NCBI GenBank assembly: GCA_963815115.1
Contig: CAWFFN010000007.1
Coordinates: 832,001 to 896,000 of the forward strand
Length of the DNA stretch: 64,000 nt
Origin: an uncultured delta proteobacterium
GTDB taxonomy: Bacteria > Desulfobacterota > Binatia > DP-6
Reading direction: 5' to 3'
Part shown: in pieces, positions 41,485 through 51,373 of the stretch
How the letters are laid out: each line of letters opens with the position of its first letter
How positions within the stretch are numbered: the first letter of the stretch is position 1
Notes under the pieces: model-generated
Databases searched by the model: none
What the model was told of the DNA's origin: nothing
What the model saw: the letters and a program-made list of their open reading frames with translations, nothing else
Position numbers and translations under genes: made by a program

Positions 41485-42503
41485 CGCGATCCCTCGCCAC
41501 GGGCCGACTCCTCTTCGAACGCCTGCGCGCCCGACCGGGATTCTGGGCCGGCGTCCTGACCCTGCTGCTCGCCGCCGCGGCGGTCCTCGGCAGCGTGCTC
41601 GGTGCGGCGCGAATCCCTCTCGCCGAGATTCCACGCGCGCTGACCGACCCGGCGCATCCTGTACATACCGTCCTCTGGAGCGTCCGGCTGCCGCGCGTGG
41701 CGGCCGGGATCCTCGTCGGAGGCGCGCTCGGCGTCGCGGGCGCGCTCCTGCAGGCCGTCGTGCGTAATCCGATCGCCGATCCCGGCATCCTGGGCGTGAC
41801 CGCGGGAGCCGGACTCGGCGGTCTGCTCGCCATCTGCCTCTGGCCCGAGCACCCCTTCCTCGTGCCGGCGCTCGCGTTCCTCGGCGGGCTCGGCGCGGTG
41901 GCGGCGCTGCTGACCGCCGCCTGGGGCGGCGGCCGGATCGCCGGGCCACTGCGCATCGTCCTGTCCGGCGTCGCCATCCAGACGATTCTCTTCTCGCTGA
42001 TCGCCCTCGTCACCTTCTTCTTCGCCGATCGCGCCCCGGCGTTCGTGTCGTTCACGATCGGCTCGCTCAACGGTCTCGGCTGGCGGGACGCCGCGCTGAT
42101 CCTCGGTCCCGTGGTCGCCGGCACCGCCCTCGCGCTCGCCTCCACGCGCGCGCTGAACCTCCTGCTCCTCGACGACGACAGCGCCGCGGGCGTCGGCCTC
42201 TCCGTGCGTCGCTCGCGCATCGCCGCATCCTGTCTGGCCGTGTTGCTCGCCGCGGCGGCGGCGAGCGTCGCCGGGCTGGTGGGCTTCGTCGGCCTCGTCG
42301 TCCCGAACTGGGTGCGCGTCCTCGTGGGTCCCGACCACCGCGTCCTCCTGCCGCTCTGCCTGCTGGCAGGGGCCGCGCTCCTCGTGCTGGCCGACACCGC
42401 GGCGCGCACCGTCGCAGCGCCGCTCGAGCTGCCCGTGGGCGCGCTGCTCGCCCTCGTCGGCGGACCGTACTTCCTCTTCGTCCTGTGGCGAACGCTCGCA
42501 TGA
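41481..42503 (+). CDS. FecCD/HmuU-family ABC permease
   Basis: VRLPRV, RNPIADPGILGV, GFVGLVVP, ADT.ART..P.ELPVG. Confidence 0.93.
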   Translation: MTRSLATGRLLFERLRARPGFWAGVLTLLLAAAAVLGSVLGAARIPLAEIPRALTDPAHPVHTVLWSVRLPRVAAGILVGGALGVAGALLQAVVRNPIADPGILGVTAGAGLGGLLAICLWPEHPFLVPALAFLGGLGAVAALLTAAWGGGRIAGPLRIVLSGVAIQTILFSLIALVTFFFADRAPAFVSFTIGSLNGLGWRDAALILGPVVAGTALALASTRALNLLLLDDDSAAGVGLSVRRSRIAASCLAVLLAAAAASVAGLVGFVGLVVPNWVRVLVGPDHRVLLPLCLLAGAALLVLADTAARTVAAPLELPVGALLALVGGPYFLFVLWRTLA

Positions 42504-43309
42504 CGACGACCCCGGCGCTGCGCCTGCGCGCCGTGCACGTGCGCCATCCCACCGCCGACCGCGACGCATTGCGCGACCTCGCGCTCGGGGTGCGCCGGGG
42601 GGAGATCCTCGCGCTGGTGGGTCCCAACGGCTCCGGCAAGTCGACGGCGCTGGCCACCATGGGACGCTCGCTGCTCCCCAGGCTCGGATGCGTCGATCTC
42701 GACGAGAGCGCCGCCGCCGCGCTCTCCGCCCGCGCCTTCGCCCGCCGGGTCGCACGGCTGCCACAGACTCCGATCTGTCCCGAGGGCATCACCGTCAGCG
42801 AGCTGGTCCGGGGAGGCCGGCATGCGTATCGCCGGTTCCTCGAGCCACTCGGGGACACCGATCTTGCCGCCGTCCGCGAGGCGATGCGCGCGGTGGACAT
42901 GATCGACCTGCGCCATCGTCGCATGGAGACGCTCTCGGGCGGCGAGCGCCGGCGCGCGTGGCTCGCCATGGTCCTCTGCCAGGAGGCGCCGATCCTCCTG
43001 CTGGACGAGCCCACGAGCGCACTCGATCTGCGCCACCAGAGCGAGCTGCTCGCGCTGCTCCGGCGCCTGGGTGACGAGCGTCGCGTCACCATCGTGGCCG
43101 TGCTCCACGACCTCGAGCAGGCGGCCTGGCTCGCCGACCGCGTCGCCGTGCTGCACCGCGGTCGGCTCTACGCCGCCGGGGCCCCCGCCGACGCCATCCG
43201 GGAGGACACGCTGCGTGACGTCTTCGGCGTCGAGGCGCGCATCACGCCCGACGCCGACGGCCTGGCCATCCGCATCCTCGGGCCGCGTGACCCGCTGCGC
43301 TTTCTCTAG
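42500..43309 (+). CDS. Iron-chelate ABC transporter ATPase
   Basis: GPNGSGKS, LSGGERRR, LLDEPT, VLHDL. Confidence 0.93.
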   Translation: MTTTPALRLRAVHVRHPTADRDALRDLALGVRRGEILALVGPNGSGKSTALATMGRSLLPRLGCVDLDESAAAALSARAFARRVARLPQTPICPEGITVSELVRGGRHAYRRFLEPLGDTDLAAVREAMRAVDMIDLRHRRMETLSGGERRRAWLAMVLCQEAPILLLDEPTSALDLRHQSELLALLRRLGDERRVTIVAVLHDLEQAAWLADRVAVLHRGRLYAAGAPADAIREDTLRDVFGVEARITPDADGLAIRILGPRDPLRFL

Positions 43310-43318
43310 GAGGACCAC

Positions 43319-43957
43319 ATGTTCGGGAAGACGATTCTCTCGGGCGACCGCCCCCTGCCCGCCGAGTTCCTCGAATGGCAGGTGAAGCTCCGGCACTGGA
43401 CCATGCTTGCACGCCATGGATCGCCGCACGCCGGCGTCGCTCCGCTCTGCTGCGTGCGGCAGCCCGGGCTCGGTCCCGGCGTCAGCATGCACTCGATCAT
43501 CTGTGGGCTCCTGCCACGCGCCGACGGTCTCTCCACCAAGACGCGCGACTTCCGCGCGCTCTACGAGGACAACGCCGAGAACGGTGCGCGCGCGGTCTAC
43601 GACGCGGGGATCGAGTACCTGAAGGGCTACTACGCGACGGCCGCCGAGTTCGACCCCAGCACCATCACGTCCCTGCTGCCTCGCGACGCCATGGTGGTGC
43701 GGGCGCTGCGCGCGAATCCGTCGTGCGCGCTCCTGTTCTACGTCTTCGACCTCGACGACCGTTCCGAGGAGGGCCGCTTCCGCTGCCTCCAGCTGAACTG
43801 CCGGACCGAGCTCCACGAGGACGGGCCGCTGTTCGACAACGTGTGGTGGCACAACGCCGTCTTCCACGGCAAGCTGGACGACCAGGTGATGGTTCGCTTC
43901 GTCCACCAGAGCACGTACGACACGGGCTTCGGCGGACTCGACGCGATCGACGCGTGA
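43319..43957 (+). CDS. Hypothetical protein, possible FMN-binding split-barrel fold
   Basis: AGGAGG RBS overlapping the ATPase stop; LRANPSCALLF...LQLNCRTEL resembles PNPOx-like proteins. Confidence 0.65.
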   Translation: MFGKTILSGDRPLPAEFLEWQVKLRHWTMLARHGSPHAGVAPLCCVRQPGLGPGVSMHSIICGLLPRADGLSTKTRDFRALYEDNAENGARAVYDAGIEYLKGYYATAAEFDPSTITSLLPRDAMVVRALRANPSCALLFYVFDLDDRSEEGRFRCLQLNCRTELHEDGPLFDNVWWHNAVFHGKLDDQVMVRFVHQSTYDTGFGGLDAIDA

Positions 43958-43996
43958 TGACGGAGGTTCGCGGCGGCCCGGCGGAGTCGCGAGGAC

Positions 43997-44470
43997 CTAC
44001 GCCGCCAGGGCTTCGTTGACCGCCTGCCGCAGCTTGCGGTCGTCGGGTGCGACGTTGCTCGGGAAGAACCCCCGCACCTCGCCGTCCTTGCCGACGAGGT
44101 ACTTGCAGAAGTTCCAGTTCGGTACGTCGCCCGACCGTGTGAGGAAGGCGTAGACCGGCGACTGTCCGGGGCCGGGCTTCGTCTCGCCCTTGGCGAACAT
44201 CGGGAAGCTCACGCCGTAGTTGCGCTGGCAGAAGGTCTGTATCTGCTCCGCGGAGCCCGGCTCCTGGCCGCCGAACTCGTTGCTCGGGAAGCCGAGGACG
44301 GCGAAGCCCTCGCCGTCCAGCTCGTCCTGCAGCTTCTGCAGGCCGGTGTACTGCGGCGTGAACCCGCACTCGCTGGCGACGTTCACCACCAGCGTGACCT
44401 TGCCGCGGAACTCCCCCAGGTCGGCCGGGCGCCCGTCCAGTCGCTGCGTCTTCAGATCGTAGAGGCCCAT
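43997..44470 (-). CDS. Glutathione peroxidase family protein
   Basis: VVNVASECGFTPQY, LGFPSNEFGGQEPG, PNWNFCKYLV. Confidence 0.94.
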   Translation of the reverse strand: MGLYDLKTQRLDGRPADLGEFRGKVTLVVNVASECGFTPQYTGLQKLQDELDGEGFAVLGFPSNEFGGQEPGSAEQIQTFCQRNYGVSFPMFAKGETKPGPGQSPVYAFLTRSGDVPNWNFCKYLVGKDGEVRGFFPSNVAPDDRKLRQAVNEALAA

Positions 44471-44694
44471 GCCGCCTCTATCGCCCGCTTCCTCGACCCG
44501 CGGCAAGCCCCCACGGACCGTGCGGCCGACGCCACGTAGTCGCGACTCGTCAACGATTTTCGCGGATTGACACGTTGGCGGTGGTTGGTGGCGTCTCTCA
44601 AAAGAGCACGACCTGCCCCTCGTCTCCACGCCAAGGCACCACGCATCCCCCCGAGAGAATCATGAATGAAGACTGTCCCGACACCACCCCGGTC

Positions 44695-46404
44695 ATGAAA
44701 CCCGCCCTTCCGCGCCTGACCATGTGCGCCCTCGCAGTCGCCATGGGACTGGCTGCTTCGTGCCCCGCATGGGCCGATCCGGCCGTCTCCCTCCTCCCGC
44801 GGCTGCCGGTCTGCGGAGACCAGGACCAGTCGTCGACCCAGCTCGAGTGCACCGACTTCGTACCGATTCCGGACATCGAGGTCTTCCGGGTCCCGGGCCA
44901 GGGCCCTACGGATCTGACCTTCGACTTCGTCTTCTCCGAAGCCAGCGTTCCCAATGAGCTCGGCGTCTTCCGGCTCGACGACCTGAACGGCAGGGTGGGA
45001 GACCTGAGCCCTGCCGAGCCGGGCTACCTCTCCGCCGCGCTCGCGCGTGCGCAGACCCTGTTTCCCTCCGGGTCCGATGCTTTCGTCGCCGACAAGACGA
45101 TCCGCGTGAGCGGAGGCGATCTGCTGGTGTTCTTCATCGTCCACGGCGGCACGCTCGCGAGCCTGCAGGCCACGAACCCGACGAACGACGTCACCAAGCT
45201 CCCGGTCGCCTACTTCTCGCTCACTCGTCTCAATCCCGATCCGGGCTCGCTCTACGGCGGCGATCATCTCATCGGCTTCCGGAGTCTGTCGCCTCAGCTC
45301 ACGGAGTTCGCCTTCGAGGACCTCAGCCAGTTCAGCGACTGGGACTTCGACGACGTCGTCTATACCGTCTCGGCGCGCCTCGAGCGTCCCGCCTGCGACG
45401 GACCGGACGGTGACGCCGACGGCGTCCCCGACGCCTGCGACGACTGCCCGTCGGTCGTGAATCCGGACCAGCGAGACGGCGATGGCGATCTCGTCGGTGA
45501 TGCGTGCGACGATTGCGCGGGCGTCCCCAACCTCGCACAGGGCGACTCCGACGGCGACGGGCGCGGCGACGCCTGCAGCTTCGAGGTCTGCGGCGACGGG
45601 CGCGACAACGACGGCAACGGGCTCACCGACGCGGCCGATCCGGGTTGCCCCTCCCTTCGCATCGAGAAGCTCTCCCAGCCGGCTCGCGGAGCGAGGATCG
45701 GCGGGATGGTCAAGGTGAAGGGACGCGGGTTCGGCGACGTGCAAGGGACCCTCGAGCTCGGCACCCAGGACGTCTCCGTCGAGCGATGGCGCGACAAGCG
45801 GGTCACCTTCGCCGTGCCCCCGCTCGGCGGCGGGCTCTACCTCGTTCGCGTGCTTCGCGGCCAGGACCGCAGCGAGCGCGAAGCGCTCTTCGTTCCGGGC
45901 GTGCCCATCGGAACCAAGAAGCAGACCCTCAAGGCGCTGGGCGACGTCTACGGCGGAACCTCGTGGTGGACCTACTACGACAGCGTGGCGCGGCACAGCA
46001 TCAAGCTCGCGAACCCCTTCTGGCTGCAAGCGGCGCTGCTGGGGTCCACGCCGGACGAGCGGGATCTCATCGTCGCCACCGCCACCTCGATCGACGCGAC
46101 CACCTACGGGCCCTCGAACCGCGCGCGCCGCGACACGGCACGCGCACTCGACGTCTGCGAGGAGCAGTACCTGAGGCAGATGCCCGACGCCGTCCTCGAC
46201 CAGTACCTCGCCTGTGCGGGGTATCCCGGTCCCAAGAAGCGGTTCCGCGCACTGCCCGCGGACGTGCAGCTCGCGATGCTCAACCGGGGCCGCCCCGGGC
46301 CCGGGAAATCGTGCTTCGTCGGGTCGGCGCACCAGGATGCGTGTCGTGACGCGCTCCGGACCGGCGCCGTCGGCGACGCAACGCTCGCCACGCTGGGCTT
46401 CTAA
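44695..46404 (+). CDS. Secreted multidomain protein (DUF4114-like, TSP3 repeats, IPT/TIG-like, unknown C-terminus)
   Basis: NELGVF, LNPD..DH, FAFEDL..DWDFDDVV; DGDADGVPDACDDCP repeats; VKVKGRGFG. Confidence 0.75.
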   Translation: MKPALPRLTMCALAVAMGLAASCPAWADPAVSLLPRLPVCGDQDQSSTQLECTDFVPIPDIEVFRVPGQGPTDLTFDFVFSEASVPNELGVFRLDDLNGRVGDLSPAEPGYLSAALARAQTLFPSGSDAFVADKTIRVSGGDLLVFFIVHGGTLASLQATNPTNDVTKLPVAYFSLTRLNPDPGSLYGGDHLIGFRSLSPQLTEFAFEDLSQFSDWDFDDVVYTVSARLERPACDGPDGDADGVPDACDDCPSVVNPDQRDGDGDLVGDACDDCAGVPNLAQGDSDGDGRGDACSFEVCGDGRDNDGNGLTDAADPGCPSLRIEKLSQPARGARIGGMVKVKGRGFGDVQGTLELGTQDVSVERWRDKRVTFAVPPLGGGLYLVRVLRGQDRSEREALFVPGVPIGTKKQTLKALGDVYGGTSWWTYYDSVARHSIKLANPFWLQAALLGSTPDERDLIVATATSIDATTYGPSNRARRDTARALDVCEEQYLRQMPDAVLDQYLACAGYPGPKKRFRALPADVQLAMLNRGRPGPGKSCFVGSAHQDACRDALRTGAVGDATLATLGF

Positions 46405-46476
46405 GCGGTCTGCCGTTCCCAGCCGGCGACACCGGGACGTTCCGGAAACTGCGGTCGGGGCATAGAATGCGGCAGC

Positions 46477-47058
46477 ATGCTGACGCTCTACTTCGCGCCC
46501 GGGTCCAGCTCGATGGCGCCGCACGTCGCGCTGCATGAGATCGGCGTGCCGTTCGACGCCCGGCCGCTGTCGTTCGCCCGGATGGAGCACCGCGCCCCCG
46601 CGTTCCTCGCACTCAATCCCGAGGGCAAGGTCCCGACGCTGGTGATCGACGGCCGGCCTCTCACCGAGGTGGCCGGCATCCTGTTCTACCTCGCGCGACG
46701 CTATCCCGACGCCGATCTGCTGCCGCGCGACGATCCGGAGGCGGAGGCTCGCGTCGTCTCGTGGATGTCCTTCATCGCCTCGACCGTCCACCCCGCACGG
46801 CGCCAGGGCCTCGAGTATGCCAGCCGGATCTACGCCATGGCCGACCGCCGTCTCGGCCGCAACGAATGGGCAGTGGAGCGCTACTCGATCGCCGACATCC
46901 ACCTGTTCCGGCTCTTCTGGCGCTTCCGCGGCGCGTTCAAGCCCGAGGCCGATGCGTTTCCGAACCTCGAGGCGCACCACCGGCGCATGATGGCACGGGC
47001 TGCGGTCAAGCGAACGTGCGACATCGAGGCCGCGATCGGCTACGAGCTGCCCGCGTAG
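46477..47058 (+). CDS. Glutathione S-transferase family protein
   Basis: LYFAPGSSS, LNPEGKVPTL, LTEVAGIL.YL, YSIADIHL. Confidence 0.92.
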   Translation: MLTLYFAPGSSSMAPHVALHEIGVPFDARPLSFARMEHRAPAFLALNPEGKVPTLVIDGRPLTEVAGILFYLARRYPDADLLPRDDPEAEARVVSWMSFIASTVHPARRQGLEYASRIYAMADRRLGRNEWAVERYSIADIHLFRLFWRFRGAFKPEADAFPNLEAHHRRMMARAAVKRTCDIEAAIGYELPA

Positions 47059-47061
47059 GCG

Positions 47062-48141
47062 TCACGGCGCAGCGCTGACGGCGCGGGCCCTCGCGTCGGG
47101 CGACCCCGCAGGTCGGTCATGTGCACGCGCCCGCAACGTCGGCAGCACCGCGGGCAGCAGGTTGTGTACGAAGCGCCGCGCGCCACGCAAGCTCAGGTGA
47201 CACGGATCGTTGAACCAGTGCGCGTCGCCCCCGAGCCGGGCAGCCTGATCGACGAAGCGCGCCGACGGGTGCTCGCGCGCCACACCGCGGATCACGGCGT
47301 TGTGCACCTCTACCGCGTGCCGGACCTGCCGCGGATCGCCCCACATCTCGAGCGGCGCCAGGTGCAGGCCGTAGCCGAGTCCCGCTTCCTTGAAGCGAGC
47401 AAGGGAGTAGTCGTCCGGGATCCACATGGCGAAGGTCATGAGCAGCACGGGCTCTCCACGGCTGGTCGCGCGCTCGAGGATCGCGCGCAGATTGGCCTCG
47501 AGCGGGCCGGCGGTACGGACCGTGTCCCCGTAGTGGAGCCAGTCGGCACGTGGTCCGTTGCGGGGAACGTAGCGCGACGAGAGCAGGACCTGACGTAGCC
47601 GCAGGGCCACGTACTCCAGCGTGTAGGGCAACGCGAACCGTGCCCGACCCTGATGTGCCGCCAGCGCGTTCACGATCTCGTACCATCCGTAGTGTCCGTA
47701 GTCGTCACGGAACAGCTCCGGAGGCACGTTGTTCGCGCGCGCCTCGTTGATGCCGTCGTACACCACCACCAGGTCGAAGCGCTCCGCCCCGATGGCCTCG
47801 TAGGCGAGGCGGCTGTCGCGCGACGTCAGGCCCGGAGCGGCGAGATTGAAGATGCGCACGTCACGGTGGCCGGCGTATGCGAGCTGCTCGCGCAGCTCCG
47901 CCTGCACCGTGCCCCAGTGCGGATGGAGGGTCGACCCCCCGAGCAGGAGCACGTGCATTCGCCCGGCCGCCCATTTGGGATAGTGCGCGTCGATCCTGGC
48001 GAGCCCGGGATAGAACGCCTGGAGCACGCGCTCGGGATGAGTGAACGGGACGCCACGCGCTCGCCAGAACAGGCGGGCGCCGACCTCGAGCGACGCCAGG
48101 CAGAGAAGGACGAATGCCAGCGATCGGATGGCCCGCGACAC
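47062..48141 (-). CDS. Membrane-anchored SGNH/GDSL hydrolase-like protein
   Basis: N-terminal TM LEVGARL, LLGGST, YDGINE, FNDPCHL. Confidence 0.75.
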   Translation of the reverse strand: MSRAIRSLAFVLLCLASLEVGARLFWRARGVPFTHPERVLQAFYPGLARIDAHYPKWAAGRMHVLLLGGSTLHPHWGTVQAELREQLAYAGHRDVRIFNLAAPGLTSRDSRLAYEAIGAERFDLVVVYDGINEARANNVPPELFRDDYGHYGWYEIVNALAAHQGRARFALPYTLEYVALRLRQVLLSSRYVPRNGPRADWLHYGDTVRTAGPLEANLRAILERATSRGEPVLLMTFAMWIPDDYSLARFKEAGLGYGLHLAPLEMWGDPRQVRHAVEVHNAVIRGVAREHPSARFVDQAARLGGDAHWFNDPCHLSLRGARRFVHNLLPAVLPTLRARAHDRPAGSPDARARAVSAAP

Positions 48142-48227
48142 GAGTCCGGGATACGTAGCCGACCCCGTCGCGGCGGCGCAATGGCACGCTGCGACACCGG
48201 GGTCCCCGGCCCGCCACGCCGGGGATG

Positions 48228-49802
48228 CTACTTGCCCAGCCCTGCGCGCACGTCGTCGTCGGCGCGTCGGATGTCGGTGGCGCAACCCGAGGTCAGCTTG
48301 GGCTTCTTTCCCCTGCTCGCATTCCGGACGCTCTTGTCCGCCAACCCGAGCGTGGCCCTGGCGTGCCGGAGGAGGCGCTTCGCCTTTCTTGCGACGCTGG
48401 CGTCCGCTTCGTCGATGAGGTGCACCGCCTGGTCGAACTTCCTCGTGACGCTCGGCGGGACCCTCTCGCCGGCGCACGACGGGCTCCGGAGGCCGGCGTC
48501 CAGGATGCAGCGCGCGCTCAGGCAGGGAACCGTCGTGCTGGTCGTTGCCGTACCGGCAGCCGTCGTGGTCGTGGTGGCGCCGGCGATGGTGCTGGTGGTG
48601 GCCGGTGCGGTGCTCGTGGTCGTCGCGATCGCGCACTGCGAGAGATCGACCTGGCAGCCGGCGCAGCGCGCACAGTCGGGGGCCAGCGGCGGCGTGGAGG
48701 TCGCGGCGTCGCACACGGCCACGGCCTGCCCGCCGGCCAGCGGACACTCGCAGGTCTCGGCGCAGTCGGCCTGAACGACGCCGTCGCCGCAGTAGCCCGA
48801 GCCGCAACTCGGTAGCGTGGCCGGAGGCACGAACGTCGAGGTGGTGGTGGTCGTGGTCGTCGTCGTGATCGTGGGACCGCCATTCAGCGTGGTGTAGTCG
48901 TGGCCGGTACTTCCGGTGGCGCCCTTGCCCTCGGAGTTGATGAGAAGGACCTCGCCGGTGTTGAGCAGGTCGATCGACGCATGGTCCGACTCCCAGTCGC
49001 CCCCGTGGACGAACCCCTGGAGAGCCAGCCCGGTCATGACCGAGACCTGGACGCCGAGGCTGAATTGGAGAGCGATCGGGGTGAGCACCGGGATGTTCTG
49101 GAGCATCCGGCTCGCGCCGAACGGACAGCCAGGGGTATGGCTGAATCCGGGCGGCATCGTGGTTGCGACCCCGCCGAGATCGGTACCATCGGCACGCGAG
49201 AGCGAGACCCCTACATTTCCGCGCAGATCGCTGTCGTCGTCGAAGGTCGCCGGATGGGCGCAGTCGGCGAGCGCCTCTATGGTGACGGTCGTCAGGTCAC
49301 CCTGGTGGGGCGCGTCCTGGGTAGCGGGCACGGTGACGATGTCGACGAAGCCCGCGCCGATGGTCACCACTGCCCTGGCATAGAACGGATTGTCGGCGAG
49401 CGCACCGGGGAACCCTGCCCCGTAGCGCAGCGGCGCCGACTGGGCGCCGGCGCTCGCCGCCAGGTGGATCGAGCCGATCTCGGCTCGCATGAAGGCGTCG
49501 ATGCTCGCGACGCCCGAGAACAGCTGGCTCAGCCCGGCGCCGAAGTGGACGGCGTCGAGGATGCCGCCGTCGACCTGCACGTCCGTCGAGCCGCCCGGGC
49601 CGGCGGTCGTCGTCACGGTCACCGGAGCCAGGTCGATTGGCGGCAACGCACTGAAGGGAACCACCGTGGGATTCAGCGTGCCGACGTACGCGAACCCGCT
49701 GCCAGCGGGACTGATGACTCCGGGGGTCGGGAGGGCCGCCAGCCCTGCGCGCGGGCGTAAGCCGCAGGCCGCGACGAGCAAGGCCGCAAAGGCCGCACGC
49801 AT
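48228..49802 (-). CDS. Secreted protein with Thr-rich linkers and a Cys-rich module
   Basis: Signal peptide, poly-Thr stretches, CGDGVVQADCAETCEC. Confidence 0.75.
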   Translation of the reverse strand: MRAAFAALLVAACGLRPRAGLAALPTPGVISPAGSGFAYVGTLNPTVVPFSALPPIDLAPVTVTTTAGPGGSTDVQVDGGILDAVHFGAGLSQLFSGVASIDAFMRAEIGSIHLAASAGAQSAPLRYGAGFPGALADNPFYARAVVTIGAGFVDIVTVPATQDAPHQGDLTTVTIEALADCAHPATFDDDSDLRGNVGVSLSRADGTDLGGVATTMPPGFSHTPGCPFGASRMLQNIPVLTPIALQFSLGVQVSVMTGLALQGFVHGGDWESDHASIDLLNTGEVLLINSEGKGATGSTGHDYTTLNGGPTITTTTTTTTTSTFVPPATLPSCGSGYCGDGVVQADCAETCECPLAGGQAVAVCDAATSTPPLAPDCARCAGCQVDLSQCAIATTTSTAPATTSTIAGATTTTTAAGTATTSTTVPCLSARCILDAGLRSPSCAGERVPPSVTRKFDQAVHLIDEADASVARKAKRLLRHARATLGLADKSVRNASRGKKPKLTSGCATDIRRADDDVRAGLGK

Positions 49803-49912
49803 CCTGTGGCACGTCTACCACCACGCTGCTCTCGGCGACAAATGTGTTCAGCAGGCTCGCGGCCGGGAGCGGTTGCTTCCGAAACGCGGGCAACTATGAA
49901 TAGTCGGGCAGG

Positions 49913-50554
49913 ATGTTGCGCCTCCCGGGCCTGATGGGACCAATCCGCCGGCGCTCTGCGATCCTCACCCTCGCGACGGTCGCAGCGCTCGTCGTTCTCG
50001 GGCTCGCGCGCGACCCGCCGGCCACTGTCGCGGCGGACGCAGCCAAGGAACCGGGCGCCCAGGCGACCACGGAGACCGCGATCCTCGCCGGTGGATGCTT
50101 CTGGGGCATGGAGGAGATTCTGCGCAAGATCCCGGGCGTGATCTCCACCCAGGCCGGCTACACCGGCGGCTCGACGGCGAATCCGACCTACCAGGACGTC
50201 CACACGGGCAGCACCGGTCATGCCGAGGCGGTACGCGTCGTGTTTGATCCCGCCACACTGTCGTACGAGGATCTGCTCGAGAAGTGGTACTTCCGCATGC
50301 ACGATCCAACCACGAAGAATCGACAGGGCAACGACATCGGCACGCAGTACCGCTCGGCGATCTTCGTCACCTCCGAGAGGCAGCGCGAGATCGCCGAGCA
50401 GGTGAAGAAGCGTGTGGACGCTGGCGGGAAGTGGCACGCACCGGTCGTGACCGAGATCGTCGCGGCCGGCACGTTCACACCGGCGGAGGAGTATCACCAG
50501 AAGTACCTGCAGAAGAATCCCGGCGGGTACACGTGTCACTACATGCGGGACTAG
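49913..50554 (+). CDS. msrA: Peptide methionine sulfoxide reductase A (exported)
   Basis: AGGCFWGME, GYTGG, GHAEAV, RQGND.G.QYRS, AEEYHQKYL; hydrophobic N-terminus. Confidence 0.95.
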   Translation: MLRLPGLMGPIRRRSAILTLATVAALVVLGLARDPPATVAADAAKEPGAQATTETAILAGGCFWGMEEILRKIPGVISTQAGYTGGSTANPTYQDVHTGSTGHAEAVRVVFDPATLSYEDLLEKWYFRMHDPTTKNRQGNDIGTQYRSAIFVTSERQREIAEQVKKRVDAGGKWHAPVVTEIVAAGTFTPAEEYHQKYLQKNPGGYTCHYMRD

Positions 50555-50746
50555 GATCGCCGCTCCGGTCGGGCGGGTAGGAGCGTCTTCGCATCGTGAC
50601 GGGGCGCTCACGGCGAAGGGTTCGCAGGACGCCCGTTCCCGGAGAGCCTCCTGGGTCGCGAGGAACGGCGGCAGCCCCCGGCTGGCGCCCCCCGGCTCGA
50701 GGCCTCGCTCCGGCACGGACTGCTGGCCCGGCCTGCGCCGCGACGA

Positions 50747-50783
50747 GGTAGCAACCCGCTACCCCGAAAGTAGCGCCTCTCTG
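50747..50783 (+). promoter_or_regulatory. 37-bp upstream motif, copy 1
   Basis: GGTAGCAACCCGCTACCCCGAAAGTAGCGCCTCTCTG; 33/37 identical to 61927-61963. Confidence 0.7.
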
Positions 50784-50830
50784 GAGCACGACCCGCTCGA
50801 CACGGGCGGGAACATGAAAGGAGAGACCCG

Positions 50831-51289
50831 ATGGGCTTCAGAGGACCGAAGATCGTCGCGGACGCGCCGCGAACTGGCCACATGCTGAAGGCGGCCCTGC
50901 TCGCGCTCGCACTGACGGTCGGTGCCACCGCGGCACACGCGGCCGACGCCTGCTACCGGGGTGCGTCCGGCAACATCCTGGTATTCAAGAAGTTCAAGCT
51001 GCCCCGAGCAAACGAGTGCTCGCCGATCACCGGCTACCAGCACAACTCGGATTGCACGCTGGCCGGCACGGCGTGCGGCACGTCCGACGGCATCACCGTA
51101 CACTTCAACTTCAACTACATCTGCCACTTCGAGGGATTCGGCACGTACTTCTTCTTCACGGACCGCTCCATCGGCCAGGGCGACGGCCAGTTCTGTCAGG
51201 AGAACCTGAGCACCGGCCAGTTCAGCTGCCCGACCTTCATCGCCTCCAGGGTCGGCTGTCCGACGACCCCGAGCTTCACCGAATTCTGA
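50831..51289 (+). CDS. Small secreted Cys-rich hypothetical protein
   Basis: AAAGGAG RBS, AHA signal cleavage site, 8 Cys. Confidence 0.75.
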   Translation: MGFRGPKIVADAPRTGHMLKAALLALALTVGATAAHAADACYRGASGNILVFKKFKLPRANECSPITGYQHNSDCTLAGTACGTSDGITVHFNFNYICHFEGFGTYFFFTDRSIGQGDGQFCQENLSTGQFSCPTFIASRVGCPTTPSFTEF

Positions 51290-51312
51290 GCCGACGACAG
51301 CGACGGCGTGTT

Positions 51313-51373
51313 CCGCGGAAGGAGCTGTCCCCTCCCAGCGCGGCCTCGGGGCCGCAGGCAGCTCCTTCCGCGG
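51313..51373. terminator. Stable stem-loop downstream of 50831-51289
   Basis: Perfect 15-bp inverted repeat CCGCGGAAGGAGCTG/CAGCTCCTTCCGCGG with an inner GCGGCC hairpin; no U-tract. Confidence 0.5.

Noticed and set aside
43997-44470. Selenocysteine glutathione peroxidase
   Set aside because: The active-site codon is Cys (ASECG), with no in-frame TGA
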